Origin: Octopus sinensis
Lineage: Eukaryota
Reading direction: 5' to 3'
DNA: 64,000 bases
NCBI RefSeq assembly: GCF_006345805.1
Contig: NW_021836129.1
Span: forward strand, 186,001 to 250,000
In this document: positions 1 to 13,569 of the stretch, one piece after another
How positions within the stretch are numbered: the stretch's first letter is position 1
Layout: each line of letters begins with the position of its first letter
The notes under the pieces: model-generated
What the model saw: the letters and a program-made list of their open reading frames with translations, nothing else
What the model was told of the DNA's origin: nothing
The model's database searches: none
Translations under genes and position numbers: made by a program

Positions 1-1230
1 ATTCCTGTCTTGGAGAAATGAAAACATAGCTTCAGATTTAGGAGATATATTCCCTTTCTTAAGCCATGTTGAAGACGATTGAATATCAAAATTGTTATCA
101 TCAAGGGATTCAAATAGCTTCGAGTGAAGTGTTTTCTTCTTGATATTGGACAGTAAGGAATCAATCTGCAATCTATTCAGTGATTTGGTTATCTCTTCTT
201 AGAAGTTCGTTCCATATTTACAATGCAGGAATTCTGTGATCGTGGCCATATGAGACTTTCTTTTCTGCTCGGCCCACAGAATTGCTGTCTTTCTTGGGGA
301 GATTAACTTTCGCCTCTCCAGATTTTCACGAAAGTCAAACATCATTTTTTCCGACCTAAGGTAATCGAGGCAAGCCCTCTTCCAAGTTTGTCCCTCGGCA
401 AATATAGCCTCTCCTTACAGGCTGGTTTCATATGAATATTTAGATCCATTAACAGCTTCCTGACAAATTTGTCAATTTCATCAAAAACGGACGGTTCCAA
501 ATCCAGAAGGCCGATATAATAATTGTACAAAGATAAGGCATGTTCATTAATTGCCTTAAACAAATTCACCGAATTTAGTTTCGTCTTCGACAATCTTTTG
601 ATACGTTGCTGAACCTCAATCCGTAAATTTTTCAAAACTTCTTCTTTAACAACCTGACTAAACTTATTTTCCAATACACCCAAATAACGGTAACTATCCA
701 GTCCATCCAGCAGTTTGGCATCATTTCTCAATAAACAACTATTTGTTGCCGACTTCTCACAATTCTTTTCCAAACCTGAAGCTTTAAAAAATAAATCCAC
801 GTCTTTCATCATACACCCGAGTGTGACCTCATCTTTGGCGAGGAGTTTCAAATCATCAATGAACAAAAAATGGTTCGTAGAAAAAAACACTGAATTTTCT
901 TGATCGGTATTGACTGATAAATTTGGGTATTTAGCTGATAATAATCTGCTCAACGGATCCAAAGTCAAAATAAACAACTGAGGAGACAGGGAATCTCCTT
1001 GGAGTATTCCACGTTCTATGTTAACAATTCCCAGATGCTGCTTTCCTAATTTGAGGGAGACCTTCCAATTTGGAATTATTGACATTACAAAGGGGAGGTC
1101 CAGTGAGTGAATTTCCGGAGGAATAAGGACGGCCATGAACATTTAAATCCACTCTTCCATTACAATTTTCACTATTATTTTGAGTAGATGCGTCCATAGA
1201 TATGGTTATTCCATTTTGTAAACCAACCAT
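1..1230 (-). mobile_element. R4/Dong-like (RLE-type) non-LTR retrotransposon, RT domain and downstream region; frameshifted, runs off the window start
   Basis: ORF 342..1142 has GILQGDSLSP, HFLFIDDLKL, YRYLG and RLYLPRDKLGRGL; a shifted frame continues to base 1 (SSTWLKKGNISPKSEA...FLQDRN). Confidence 0.85.
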
Positions 1231-3193
1231 CCGTACACCACAAGAAATTTATATATAAATGAAACAACAATATTCAAACGTATACGCTAATTTCATAAAT
1301 TGCGTGTGGTTGGTTTTGTTCATACAAATTGGGAAAAAATGAATTTTACATTAAAAATCGTATTTTAATGATAATTCCAATACACAATTTTACGCGCAAT
1401 AGGCTTTAAGGTTGGTCTATTGATTGGGACAAAAAAATACATTATTGGTCTATGATAATATAAAATTTCCCCAAAAAGTGGTTTATTTCATAAAATCATT
1501 GTATTTACAGGAATGGCGAAAATATTTTTCCAAAAGCAAGGTTTTTCCCAAAAAAGGGTTCCCCGCAACTCGATTTTTTTAAATTCAAGGTCTCACTGTA
1601 TTTAAAACCAATATTTAGACAGATGTTATTCACGTGTTTTTGTTTTTGTTAAAAATGCTGCTTAAAAATTTAGTACTAACTATTATTGAGTACAATACAT
1701 TGTTTCTTATTTAAAAAGCAATACGATTGATGGAAGTTTAACTGAAATGAACAAGTCAAGATTTCTAAATACAAAAAAAATTTTTTACTAGAAGACTCTA
1801 GATTAGAACCAAATATGGAACAAAAATTGTAATTGCTAAAAATTATATCTAAACCATTAAATCTGAATTTTGGAATTTACATTTGAAAACGCATTATGAA
1901 GTAAACAAATTGAAAGAATAGTCTGAAAAATATTTTTTAGTATAAAGAGATTAATTATCTGAAAAGTTTATGCTGACTGTGTTCAATGTCAGTAATTAAA
2001 AGTGCATTCTCCTTTATAAGCATTAATGAAACAGCTCCAAAAAAAGGATACTAGATGGATATGATAGATTTGAGTCCCTGGTATGAAACGTGGTATCAAA
2101 ATATTTTTTACATAATCGATATTTATTTAAAAATTTTGCTTTGTCTGAGCTATTAATTTAAGGAAACCATTTTTAATTTCTTCTATTTTAAAAGCTTAAT
2201 TTTATAGTTTTTGACCTCCTAAAAATTACAATTAGGAACAGTAAAGACTTTGAAAATGAGAAGGAAAAGTGATTTAAACAATAGGTTTTAATCTAGGTCA
2301 ATTTTCACAAAATATAGTTTACTTGGTTCGCCACATCTAAAATGTCCTAATCGAAAGGTTAACTTTGGTTTTATTATGTTAGTTGTATTGATAAGTTATC
2401 GACTGATTTGAAAAAATGTAAAAATGTTCATTATTTTGACATTTATTAAATTATTGATTGTTATTTTCTTTTTGAATGCAGCTTGTTGGTAAGATATAGT
2501 ATTTCCTCAGAAAATATGGAATGCATATAGTAGCCCCGATTTTATAATTAATTCATTGTTGATTGATCTCAAATTTATAAACAAGGTTAAATATTCTGAA
2601 TTAAGTTATGATAGAAGATCCGAATAAAAAGATATTGATTTATATTATCTAACTTTTGTCAGAAAATCTATAAATTTCATCCAAAAAGAGCTCTGAATAG
2701 ATAAAAGTGTGCCCATTATTAGTATGTTGGACGTCCTCACTAATGTGAAACAGCTGAAACTACGTTCCTAGCTGAGTCTAAACAGACCTAAAATATTAAA
2801 TGTTATTTATTTTTTAAATTTTCTTAATTTATCAAATTAAATACAAAAAATATTTACACGTTAAGCACGTTATATTCTTTTCTTGTGTTGTGCATTTCTG
2901 TTGTTAATTATTATTTTTTATTCCTTTCTATCAATGATTTTTTATAATATTATCGTTTTTATAATTTGAAGATTAATTAAATTGACCGTTTGTAAAATAT
3001 CCTGAATAAGGTTTATTTTGCAAGTATATTTGTATTCATTTCATCAATTAATTAATCTCCATTCCTATCGATTTTTAATTAAATTTATTTTCTTTTACAC
3101 TATATTGATCATTTTAGTATTTTATTGTTTATTTTTATAGTTGTAGTTTCCATTTTCATTAAAAGAATGCTTACGAGTTTTTTTAATAGTGTT

Positions 3194-4990
3194 TGTCACA
3201 GTCCGAATAAAATACACGCCGAATAATTACATTCTTTAATTTTACTGAAATTAAAAATTTACACAACAAAATGTTTAATTATTATTAAAAATATGATTTT
3301 TAATGTAAAATTCATTAACCTTTTTTACTAATTTATATAAACAAAACCAACCACACTCAATTTACGCAGTTAACTTATACGTTTGAATATTGTTATTCCA
3401 TTTTAGGTTATCCTAATAAAATTTTCATATAAAATTTATCGTTAATTTAAATAAAAAATTATTTTTATTATGGATTTATGAAAATTAATCAATTTTAGCT
3501 AATCGAGAAATATGAATTCCGTGTAACCGCTCACCGTCCTCCTTTTCGATAACATAGAGATCATTTCTTCGCTCGACAACAATATACTTATTAACATCAA
3601 GTCCATCGTACAGCGGATACTGCCGAACATTGGCATCGTTGTCCTGTCTAAAAATTAATTTGACGCTTGAGACCTTAAAAGCACAGTCGTTCCGACATTG
3701 ATATTTTCTTCGTCGTATCTCCATTTTCTTTTTTCAATCATTTTTTCGCCAGCAATAATTAAGTTTTCTAATGCACTTTCTCGTGCCTCTGATAATCCAG
3801 TTGAATCATAGGCTAAAAGTTGCTCCATTCCCCCTTCATCAATCCTTCCAGGATTTTCAACACCCATGAATATATAAAAAGGGATTTTTTTTGTCGAAGA
3901 ATGAATGCTGTTATTGTAATCATACACGATGTCCTTTATGCATTCGCGATATCGTCCAAAACAATTTTGAGAAGAACTTGCCGACGATATCCAGCGTTTT
4001 ATGCTTTGATTAAATCTACAAATCGATTTTAAATCATTAACCTTTCGACTTGCCCTTGTACCCAAGGAGCACGAGGCCTCCCACGTACATGTTTTATACC
4101 ATATTTCGTACATAGAGCATCCATTTGCGAATTGCAAAATTCCCTTCCATTATCAGTGTGTAGAATAAGCGGAGGCCCGACGCAATAAAAAATTCTTTGG
4201 AATAAATCTGTGATTTCTGCAGAAGATTTGGTTACCGACAGTTCAAGATTAAATATTTTTAAAAAAGAATCCACAATTACCATTATGTGGCAAATTATTA
4301 GTTAACATTAAATTCATACCCAACTAAAGCCATCATTTATCGCCAAATATCTTCTGAGGTCAATTAAATCTGCAATGTATCTGTGCCTACATCTTCTTGC
4401 AATGATTGGCGTAATTGGGGGCTTTTTATACAATAATTTTTTGAAATAAGAATATTTACAGAAAGGAGTTATTACATGACAGAAAGTACAAAGCGAAATC
4501 ACCTTAGAAATTTCTTCTCTATTCAATCCATAATAAGGATTTCTTAATTTTGAAAAAGCCGGTCTCTCCCAAAGTGGTAATGTTCCGCCTAAATTTTATT
4601 TATTAAGTTGGACCTCAACGCACTTAAGCTTTAATTCGATTTCATCTTCACAGAAAAAACGCAATTTAAGCCCATTCTTTTGAAAATATGTTTTCCAGTT
4701 TCAAAATGGAAATTCTTTCTCAATTTTGTGAGCCTGTATCGCTCATGCCGCTCGACTGACGATGTATCAAAGTTGGAGTCTTTCATTTCTTTGATTTTGT
4801 CCAGTGTTTCCTTAAATAATCTCACTACACGCATGTTTCACGCTTTTTAAATAAAAAATAATAATGTGATTCTACTAAAATAAATAATCAATTATTGATT
4901 TTTTTCATACTAATTTTTAGATTTCTAATTTTTTCAGCCATTTGTGACAAGTGTAGATTATTCGGCGTGTATTTTATTCGGACTGTCACA
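3194..4990 (-). mobile_element. Ginger/GIN-like integrase DNA transposon with TIRs, frameshifted
   Basis: ~34-bp TIRs (TGTCACAGTCCGAATAAAATACACGCCGAATAAT and its near-perfect inverse ending at 4990); rve motifs ADLIDL, LHTDNGREF, RGRPRAPWVQGQVER; no TSD seen. Confidence 0.85.
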
Positions 4991-5219
4991 TAATCTAATA
5001 ATTAGATAATATCACGAAAATGATGAACCTTCAAATAATTAAATCATTAAAAGAAAATACATCCTGAATTATTCCTCTGAATCCAATTATAAAAAAATTA
5101 AAGTGTAGCAAATAATTAAGACAGCACCAAAAAGTAAATCAACAGTGTGCTCACACGTGGCATAATTTATTAGGCATTATAAAAATTTTTCAAGTTTTTT
5201 TAATTGAATTAAAATATTA

Positions 5220-6699
5220 TGTCGCGACTCACGCTGGCGACCAGAGCGACCTTCATTGTTGACAAGATTGACAGGGCGACCTACATAGTTTGACACTAAT
5301 TACTGACTGACTAAAGATAATTGCTAAAAAATCAAAAAACTTAACATTTTTTATCTCTATTCATAGTAACTATTTCGTAATTCGAACTAAATGTTTGTTA
5401 GGAAAGACAACTAACCATTAATCTGTATTTAGACATTATATTTTTTACTTTTCCCTTTTTTTCATATGGGGATTCATGACGGATTCGTCCCACAATCTTT
5501 TATTATTCATTTCTAAAAATAAATACATCGTAAATTTACCATTAAGTTCATCTTCGACAAACGATGCCTCGTTATTTTCATCTAAATTATAAATAAGATT
5601 ATAACCTGGGATTGCCGAGTGGTGTGTCGTATTATAGGAAAAAGTTACTTTGTCTAAAAATTGTTTCCAATTTTTACGTATTTTTTTATCTAGAGAAATT
5701 GTACAATAAGACCGGTTTCAGTAGCATGTTGTATAATTTGATTTTTAGAGAGGTCGAAATTTGTTCGTAATATGTCCGCCGTATTGTTTCCAATTTTTAG
5801 TTCCTTCTTTATCCATCAGTTTTGCCATACCACGTATCAATATTTAGTTAAAGCGCTCAATTACACCCTAATTTATTTCAAATTTATTCCTCGCATAGTT
5901 GAGCCATAAGTTGGTTTTTGAATTCCAACCCGTTGTCCGTTTGCAAGATCTGACAATATCCAATTTGATAAAACAATTTTTGGAATTTATTCACCACTTC
6001 TTCAATTAAATTTCAAGTCTTACCAGAAGCAGTTTTATTTTTTAAAGATTTGCAGACAACAAATTTGCTGTAGATGTCAATAATTGTCAGTATCCAATTA
6101 GATCCATCGTTAAAATCTTTATATCTTCTAACAACAATAAGATTCGCCTGGAATCTTTCATTGGGTTTTCCTGCAGTTACATGGTAATTAGAATCCGACA
6201 CCTAGGTATTTTTTTTAAATACTTTCAATGGTAGGGCAAATTTTTTAAATACTTTCAATGGTAGGGCAAATTTACAAATTTCGCAGTCTTTTATAATTTG
6301 TTCGATGATTGGACGTTATACAGTGAAATAGAATTCACTGCACTTTTTCTGAAGCTTTCGTATTCCCCATTGGGATTCTTTGTGAATGGCGAATGCTAGT
6401 GTCCTCATCTCCATTTCATTGTCCAGACAAATGACCAATTTGTGTTTTTGGTTATTCTCGTCCTTTAGATAAAGACTATGAGTTAGGAGTCGCAAATAGA
6501 CCGATCATTAATAATGATAAATTGAGTCGCTTTTTTCAGCTAACATCTTTTGAGAGAAACCATATTTTTTTGTAAAATGACGCTAAACCATTTCTTAAAA
6601 TGAATTTTTTCCGGTTTAAATCACCTGTCAAACTGAAGGTCATAACCTGTCAAACTGATGGTCGCCAGCGTGGGATGGTCGCCAGCGTGGGTCGCGACA
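5220..6699 (-). mobile_element. Second Ginger/GIN-like element, decayed, with TIRs and a 5-bp TSD
   Basis: TIRs TGTCGCGAC(T/C)CACGCTGGCGACCA; TATTA on both flanks (5215-5219, 6700-6704); integrase remnant KPNERFQANLI...WILTIIDIYSKF. Confidence 0.85.
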
Positions 6700-6999
6700 T
6701 ATTATTATACAACTATAAATAATTTTGTCAGACGGCAAAGAATTGTTAAAATTTGTATTCTTCAGGCGGCACACCGTTTGACAACCTCTGATCTAATTCT
6801 TGAAGTAGTTTCCAACGGCAATGCGGTTTTTGGAAACTTTCAATTTTTTGGCTGGATTTGCCAATAATTTATTTTCATATCGCCCAAACATGCAGTGTTT
6901 CTTGACCTTTTTAACCGGGAACCACTTTGGTTGTTGAATTTTTCTGGGGGACCACCAGTAACAAAACAATTTAATAAAAAATCATAGTATTGATGTTAA

Positions 7000-7311
7000 A
7001 TCGGTAGATCATCCAATTGTATACTAATTTTGCATGGGCTGCCTATATCATAACATGTTGCTTCAAGAGAGATTGACAATTTTTGGGTAGTTTGGAGTCA
7101 GAGAAGATGCTTGATGTTACCAGACCAAGAGAAACTTGATAAACAATTGGCATGCTAGATCGGTAGATCATCCAATTGTATACTAATTTTGCATTGGCTG
7201 CCTATATCATAACATGTTGCTCCAAGAGAGATTGACAATTTTTGGGTAGTTTGGAGTCAGATAAGATGCTTGATGTTCCCAGACCAAGAGCAACTTGATA
7301 AACAATTGGCA
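7000..7311. repeat. Two-copy tandem duplication, period 159 bp
   Basis: Units start ATCGGTAGATCATCC at 7000 and 7159 and differ by only a few substitutions. Confidence 0.9.
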
Positions 7312-7499
7312 CGAGCGAGTTCACATCCTTGCGAGTAGGAAGAGTAGTAGACTATTGGATGCCACAAGACGAGAAAATAAAAGAACCGGTCCAAGGTCCA
7401 AAAAGTTGGAAATTTTTTTAGATTTTCTACGAAATCATTTCCGTTTTTATTTTTTTAGGTTTTGAGTAAATGCATATTTCGAATACATATGACCGTCAA

Positions 7500-8003
7500 A
7501 ATCCATGCTATGGATTCATTTTTGTTTAAATCTTTAATAAACAATACCATAATTGAAACCTCTTCAAATCAATTAAATCCATCTGGAATCTTTCATTTGG
7601 ACGATGGGCAATCACATTATTTTCTTCATCCCCAAGTTTTAAGGGGGTCGAAAATTTGCATATTCCGTGAATAAATCCCTCCTCCTTGCGCAATCCCATT
7701 ATAGGCTGCCCAACCATCAGTAATGATATGGGTGCCGGGAAGTCCGCGTCGAACGATAACTTCATTAAATGTTTCCGCTGTTCTTTCTAAAGGATAAATG
7801 CAAATAGAACCTACAACTTCTTCAAAAAAGCACTTTCTAGTTTCCCTGTCTATTTCACACAATACCCAATGGCCTGGTCGCCAATGACCTTGATGGTACT
7901 TTCTGTGAAAAAATTTGCACTCGTCGATTTCCACTATCGACTCTTCTGTTCTGTCTAAAGGATAAATGGAAAAAAGAACCTGCAACTTCATTAACCACGC
8001 CAT
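7500..8003 (-). mobile_element. Merlin (IS1016/ISXO2-like) transposase fragment abutting a Ginger integrase fragment
   Basis: VEIDECKF.HRKYHQG, WVLCEIDRETRKCF and THIITDGWAAY (Merlin DDE), then a switch to IAHRPNERFQMDLIDL (Ginger-type) near 7640. Confidence 0.75.
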
Positions 8004-8039
8004 GAATGTATCTTCAATTCCTACGAGATGAGATTTCCC

Positions 8040-8620
8040 TGGTAATTTAATTGTAAAGAAATTGTCATGACAGTGCTGTTCTTAAACATTCTGCTCGAGT
8101 GAGTAATATCGTGAATATTCTTGAAATGGAAAGCCATTTCCTCTTCATTATGCAAAGTAATTACAAGCTTCGGACTTTTATCTTTACTTGAAAGATACAG
8201 CTTTCCAGAAATTACATAAAAATTTTCAGCTTTTTTGCTGAGTTAAAGCCGCGCTGACATCGTGCGACATTAAACAGGAATTAATCCGAGACCGTAAAGC
8301 ATCCTTCAAAGAGGGTTTAGAAGTAGATTTTATATGAGAGAGACGGAACGAGAGTCATTTATAAACTGACTCATGTTCTTTTTAAAAATAAAAACAAAGG
8401 AATCATCGGGGAGACGGGCAGAGGAGCCCAACGCAAAGTTGGGAAAAGGAATAAATGATTCGAATTATAAATGGATGGGTCGGAAATGACAGAATTGATT
8501 AGAGAGGATAAGTTTTGGGCCGCCGAAATACGGGCAAATTTTTGGATTCGAATAGGAAAGCTGAAAGAAGAACGATAATCTTCAATCAATTTAAGAACAG
8601 ATTCAGAATCCAACAAAAAT
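8040..8620 (-). mobile_element. CRE-clade non-LTR retrotransposon fragment (region N-terminal to RT), decayed
   Basis: RIQKFARISAAQNLSSLINSVISDP...LFLFP resembles the CRE pre-RT segment; downstream frames are broken. Confidence 0.5.
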
Positions 8621-10059
8621 GGATCTGAAGGATTATCAAGAGGGCGAAATGTTCGACCGAATCAAAGGCTTTTTTAACATCAATCCATGTAGAACATAAA
8701 TTGTTTCCATTTTTTTTGATTTAAACATTGATTGACAATAGCTTGTTCTTTTGCCCCTTTTTTCAATAATCTTGATTTTCAATTCTCAACTTTTTCTCTC
8801 AACTATTAATACCTCATATTAAGCTAGAAGACATGTGGTTTATCTATAAGTCTAAATCCGAAATTATTAAATTTTTCAGATTTATAATATTTAGTTCTCT
8901 TTGCAATAAAACTTTCGACAGTGTCAACATTCTGTGGGTGATTTTTTTCCTTATGTTTTTTTAAAAAGTTGTTTCCCATTATGACGTCGTATATAATGCA
9001 CTGCGATTTATCGACGTTCTCAGATTCAGTATATTTGGTAAATCCATATTAGACATAAGAATCAATCCATTTGCGATTTACCATTACAATTAAATAACAA
9101 AAAAAGTGGAATAAAATTAATTAAATATTCAAATGAATAAATAAATTTTTCAGTTATAAAAATTAATTGAGCTAAACATGTTTCGGGGGACCACGTTAAG
9201 AAACACTGGTTTATTAGATTTTATATATTTAATTATTGTTTCTAAAATATGCCAAGGGTCGTAATCTTGCTAAAAAATAAACGCGTTTAGCCTTTTTAGA
9301 GCTATATGGGACCTGCCAATCAGTCCGCAAAGACGCACTGCGGATCGAGAGGCAGTTCCGCGTAGAATAGAGATTGGAAAAGGCAGCTCGCATCCTTCGG
9401 TCATGCGTCTTCAAGGCAATTTTATCGCCGAGCATACGCAATCCGCTTCTTTACTTAGCACGCCAGTGGTCTCAAAAGCAAGGGGGACAAACTCGTATGC
9501 GTCAGAAAGAAGTACGTATTTTTAGCTCTTCCACTCCTTTAAAAATGTTTATATAATTTGCATTGTTCATTTTTTTACATTTTAAAAAGGCCTTAGTCAC
9601 TTTCAAATTCGAGTTATCAAATTTGATTCATCTGATTTTTGTTGGCAATATGTAGTCAGACAATCTGTTATGTCGTCGAAAATCATTGCCGACGTAAATT
9701 TTATGTTCTTAGACAACTTGTGGAGGTTAAAAAATGCCTTGTTGACTGCTTCGCTGTCGTTAAACATAGTTAAATCGGCATTGTTTATTTTTTAATTTTA
9801 TACCTAATATTCAAAAAATTTCATTAATTTATTTCGGGCTTTATTTGGTGATGTATGAAATGCACAAGTATCCATTTTTCTGGAAAAATTTCACTAAATG
9901 TCGTAAATTCATTAAATTGGTCAATCCGGCACTGTGGAATATTCTCCGAAATTTTTATTATTATTTATTAATAGTGTATTTGACGCGTAAATAACAATTA
10001 TGCAATAAATATATGCAGGCTTTGTCAACAACCTTGAAAATTACTTTATCACTAAAATT

Positions 10060-10300
10060 AGATTAATCAATGCATGATGCAGATAGATCGCGGTGACGGA
10101 AAACTTCCTGACGGGTCTACATTATTCCCGTTCAAGATGGGACAAAATATGTTTAATTGACCGACACTTGTTGCCTCGTCCCCCTGGCTTTCGAAACCAA
10201 TAGGGGTAACTGACCCTAAAACTATCAAACTTCTTTTAGAGATTGGTTTAATCATCTCGAAGAGGAGTCACGACAGTCGCGAAACGAGCTGGCCTTTTTA
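10060..10300 (-). mobile_element. Degenerate hAT transposase fragment
   Basis: SQGDEATSVGQLN and AIYLHHAL resemble the hAT motifs GQGYDGAxxMSG and AIYxHCxxHxLNL. Confidence 0.35.
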
Positions 10301-10479
10301 ACGTTTATTATTATTATAATTTCAAATCTGCAACAAAAAGAAAGTTACAATCTTCTCGTCGCTTATTACACTTTTCTCTTTCTCATATTTCTTAACGTTG
10401 AAAAATAAATACATTAGTTGGTCGTTAATTTTTCTGAGATTTTTTATATCTTTTTCAAATAGCTTCTTATAGATGGATG

Positions 10480-11464
10480 TCTTATTTTGTAAAGTAGAAT
10501 GTTAGATTCAAGAAAACCAAGAGTGACTTTGAAGGCCGATTATGTTCGAAGAAATTTGATTTTTAAATATTGATTCAATTCATTTTAGAAATATTTATAA
10601 ATCTTAATTGAAGCCAATCAAATGTTATGAAAACGAAGTATTCATCAACAAAATATTTTTATCACTGCATACTGATTTAAAAAAATGCTTCAAAATATAT
10701 TGGCGAAATTGCCGTGGCGTTTTTTGACACTGAAAAACAATCCCTCTGACAGGACCCGGCGGAGTGAACTAAGATATCGGGAAAAACACGGAGATTTTCT
10801 ATAATAAAATGCTGCATCGAGTATTTTCTCTGTCACAGCAGGAAATTGTGAGTTAGTCTTACACCGATCACACGACAACTAGACAGCCATCAACCTGCAA
10901 ATCTTCAATATTTAGCTTTTGTCCAAATTCCTTTGCTTTAGTAATAATGTTTCATCAGTCAGGTAACCGTTAATAACATCCATTCAAGATAGCAATATAT
11001 CAATAAATTCTCAAGCAGATAATGATTTTTAGAAGCTTTGAACTCTCACTATTTTTCCATTGTTCTTTATTTTTTAAAATTTCAGATAAAGTAGAATTTT
11101 CTAGGTCCAGGTTTAATTCTCTTCTAATAATTTGAGACAATTCATTCAGCGAGACTTTCATCGAATCCTTGATTTAACAAATCTGTTCTTTTAGATAAAT
11201 TTCGGTCATTTTTCTAACCATAGAATTATAAAAAGCGTGCTGTTAATTAATTTTGAAAAAAAAATTAATACAAAAAATTATCAACAAAATTATTTTTTTG
11301 ATAATAATAAACAAAATTAATTGAAATTATATTAATCCTATCGTTCGGATTGCGGATTATTGAATTTTCGAAACATTGAATCAAATTTGGATCAAGTTAC
11401 AAAATTTGTAATTTTAATTAAACAAATTCGGATTATTGAGATTCGGATTAACGAGTGTTGACTG
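10480..11464 (-). mobile_element. pogo/Tigger-like transposon remnant, 5' part with TIR
   Basis: Minus-strand start TA|CAGTCAACACTCGTTAATCCG; CENP-B-like STLSEILKNK and KAKEFGQKLNIED; ILDAAFYYRKSP resembles NADETxLFYxxLP. Confidence 0.6.
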
Positions 11465-12399
11465 TAATTGTAGCTCTCATTGGTTGCCATCGAATTTGGA
11501 AAATATTATGTTGAGCGCCAAGAATGAAACCGTCCGAAACTCCAATCATGACAGCTGTCATCAATTTTAATCCTTGACAAAAATAAGATAATCAAATATT
11601 TTTCAAACAAAAAATTAACTAATTGTTTTTTAGTATCTTTTTTTGGCGTTTAGAATGCACCTTCTTCCCCATTCCCTCACTATTTTTAAAATTGACAAAA
11701 TTGTTGGAAAATTTTGGAATAATAGTGACGACATTTCCGTAAGGATGCTCAAACCTTTGCAGACATAGTGAAGAATTAGTTCCATAGTACTTTTTATGGG
11801 GACCTTTTAAGTTATTATAAATCGGATATATTATCTCCTTTGGAGAAGAGAGCGGAGTTCAATATGTCGATAGAAGAGTTGTCTTTGCCTACTAAAGTTG
11901 TTCAGTCCTATGAATTGATGAAGTGTCGGGAAATTTTAAACAAATGTTAGACTGTGATGGAATTAATGGACATTCCGGGGAATATATCTAAGGAAGAGTC
12001 ATGTCGAGTTATCCTGTGTGGTGTGAGTGGTAGGAGTTGGGTGGGTTGGGAGTCGTTAAAGATATGATTGCCGTGGAGAATCGTTTGGGCACTGAGGGTT
12101 TTGGTCAAGTCAGGCAGTGGTTGGATGTTGTTGAGCCAATTTATCGTTTGAGGATTATTGACTATTTGAGAAATTTTGTCTTACTACTTTACTAATTATT
12201 TTAAATACTGTTAGAATTGAATACAGTGAACTCTCGCAAATTGGCCACCTCGAAATTTACTAAGATAAAAATTAATTTTCTTAGTATATTGGCCAATTCT
12301 CAAATTTTGACTATCTCATATTATAGCTCGCAGAAAGCTTTAAAAAATGGTTTTAATAAATGATAGTAATAAATTAAAAGTGTGAATAACTAAAAATAT

Positions 12400-13569
12400 T
12401 TATTTTAAAATTGGGTAAATATTGTAACGTCCGATATAACACTGATTGTTCTTATTTCTTGCCATTTTTATATAACCGTTCTCTCCGTAGTAACTAGACC
12501 AACTGCCTATAAGACGGTTGATTGTACCTATTCTTGACCAGCCAATACTCTTTTCATTCTCAATTCCATAACCAACGACAACTATGGAATGATTTGTACA
12601 ATTTTGACATTGAGGATTGTCGTAAACTCCTTAATTTAGAACATTCAAGATTACCTTTTTTATATAATTGAAATGATAAATCTAAAGCACAGATAGCTAC
12701 AGTGATCGGTCCAACGTTGATCAGAGCTTTCATTAACTCAGATTCTGATGTGAATGTTTTGAATCCAGTCATTTTACAACATTTTTTCTATATCTGCAAA
12801 ACCAACTCTAAAGATTGACATGAGATTGTACACCCTGGCTTCGTAAGGGTACATTTCTTCGGTGTCAATGCCACCATTTTTCATTATATATTTAAAAACA
12901 CTCTGCACGGTGCCCCCATCACATCCGTCCGTTCCAATACAGTCGAGTACATTTTGCTCACTGAAGCTAACAAGTTTGCCGTATTTAATAGCGAATTGGC
13001 CTTCAAAACTTCCCAACTACGAATTGATTAGTGCCTTATACAGCTCCAAATATATAACAGGATGCACAATTTCCTTCACTCTTAACATGAGTGACAGCAT
13101 TACGATCCACCCAACTAAAGTTGACTGGGACGTCATAATTATCTAAAAATTCGAGCTTGAAACTAAATTCTTGAAATTCGGTTAAATTGAGGTCAAAATG
13201 ATATCCTTTGTGCATTTCTCCAAATTCCTGACTAGTTAGAGAAGTGATAAATACCATGTCCGCGAACTGATTGATGCCTAGAGCATACGAAGTCTCCTTC
13301 TTTCGTACTTCAAGTTGTGTTGATCAATTAGTTCGAGATTTCTTCGAAATATTTCCCGTCTTCGACTCTCTTCGTGTGTGGATATTTTTTGTCTACGAAA
13401 ATTAGTATAATGAACAACTAAATGTTTTAAGATATTCTATCCATTTCAAATCAAACTGATGGCCATAAGAGATATTGGAAGGAATATTGTCTTTATACTT
13501 TATTGCTACTTTGAGTGGACTCGAGCAGAAACTCCTGACTATGATTGCAAAAATAACAAAATGTGTCAT
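12400..13569 (-). pseudogene. CTSL: Cathepsin L-like C1A protease gene, 7 exons, with two apparent -1 frameshifts (pseudogene or assembly indels)
   Basis: Signal peptide; ERFNIN- and GNFD-like prodomain (ESRRREIFRRNLELIDQHN, GINQFAD); SEGNCASCY, NHSIVVVGYG, WLVKNSW. Introns 13393-13418, ~13228/13232-13254, 13017-13041, 12808-12833, 12630-12654, 12503-12527. Frameshifts near 13295 and 12772-12787. Confidence 0.9.

Noticed and set aside
2730-2790. Possible box C/D snoRNA
   Set aside because: The C box is non-canonical (ATGTGA) and the terminal stem is too short to support.
7000-7311. Repeat as a CRISPR array
   Set aside because: Only two contiguous 159-bp units, no spacers, eukaryotic context.
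9270-9545. GC-richer coding-like patch
   Set aside because: Broken frames, family not identifiable; probably a TE scrap.
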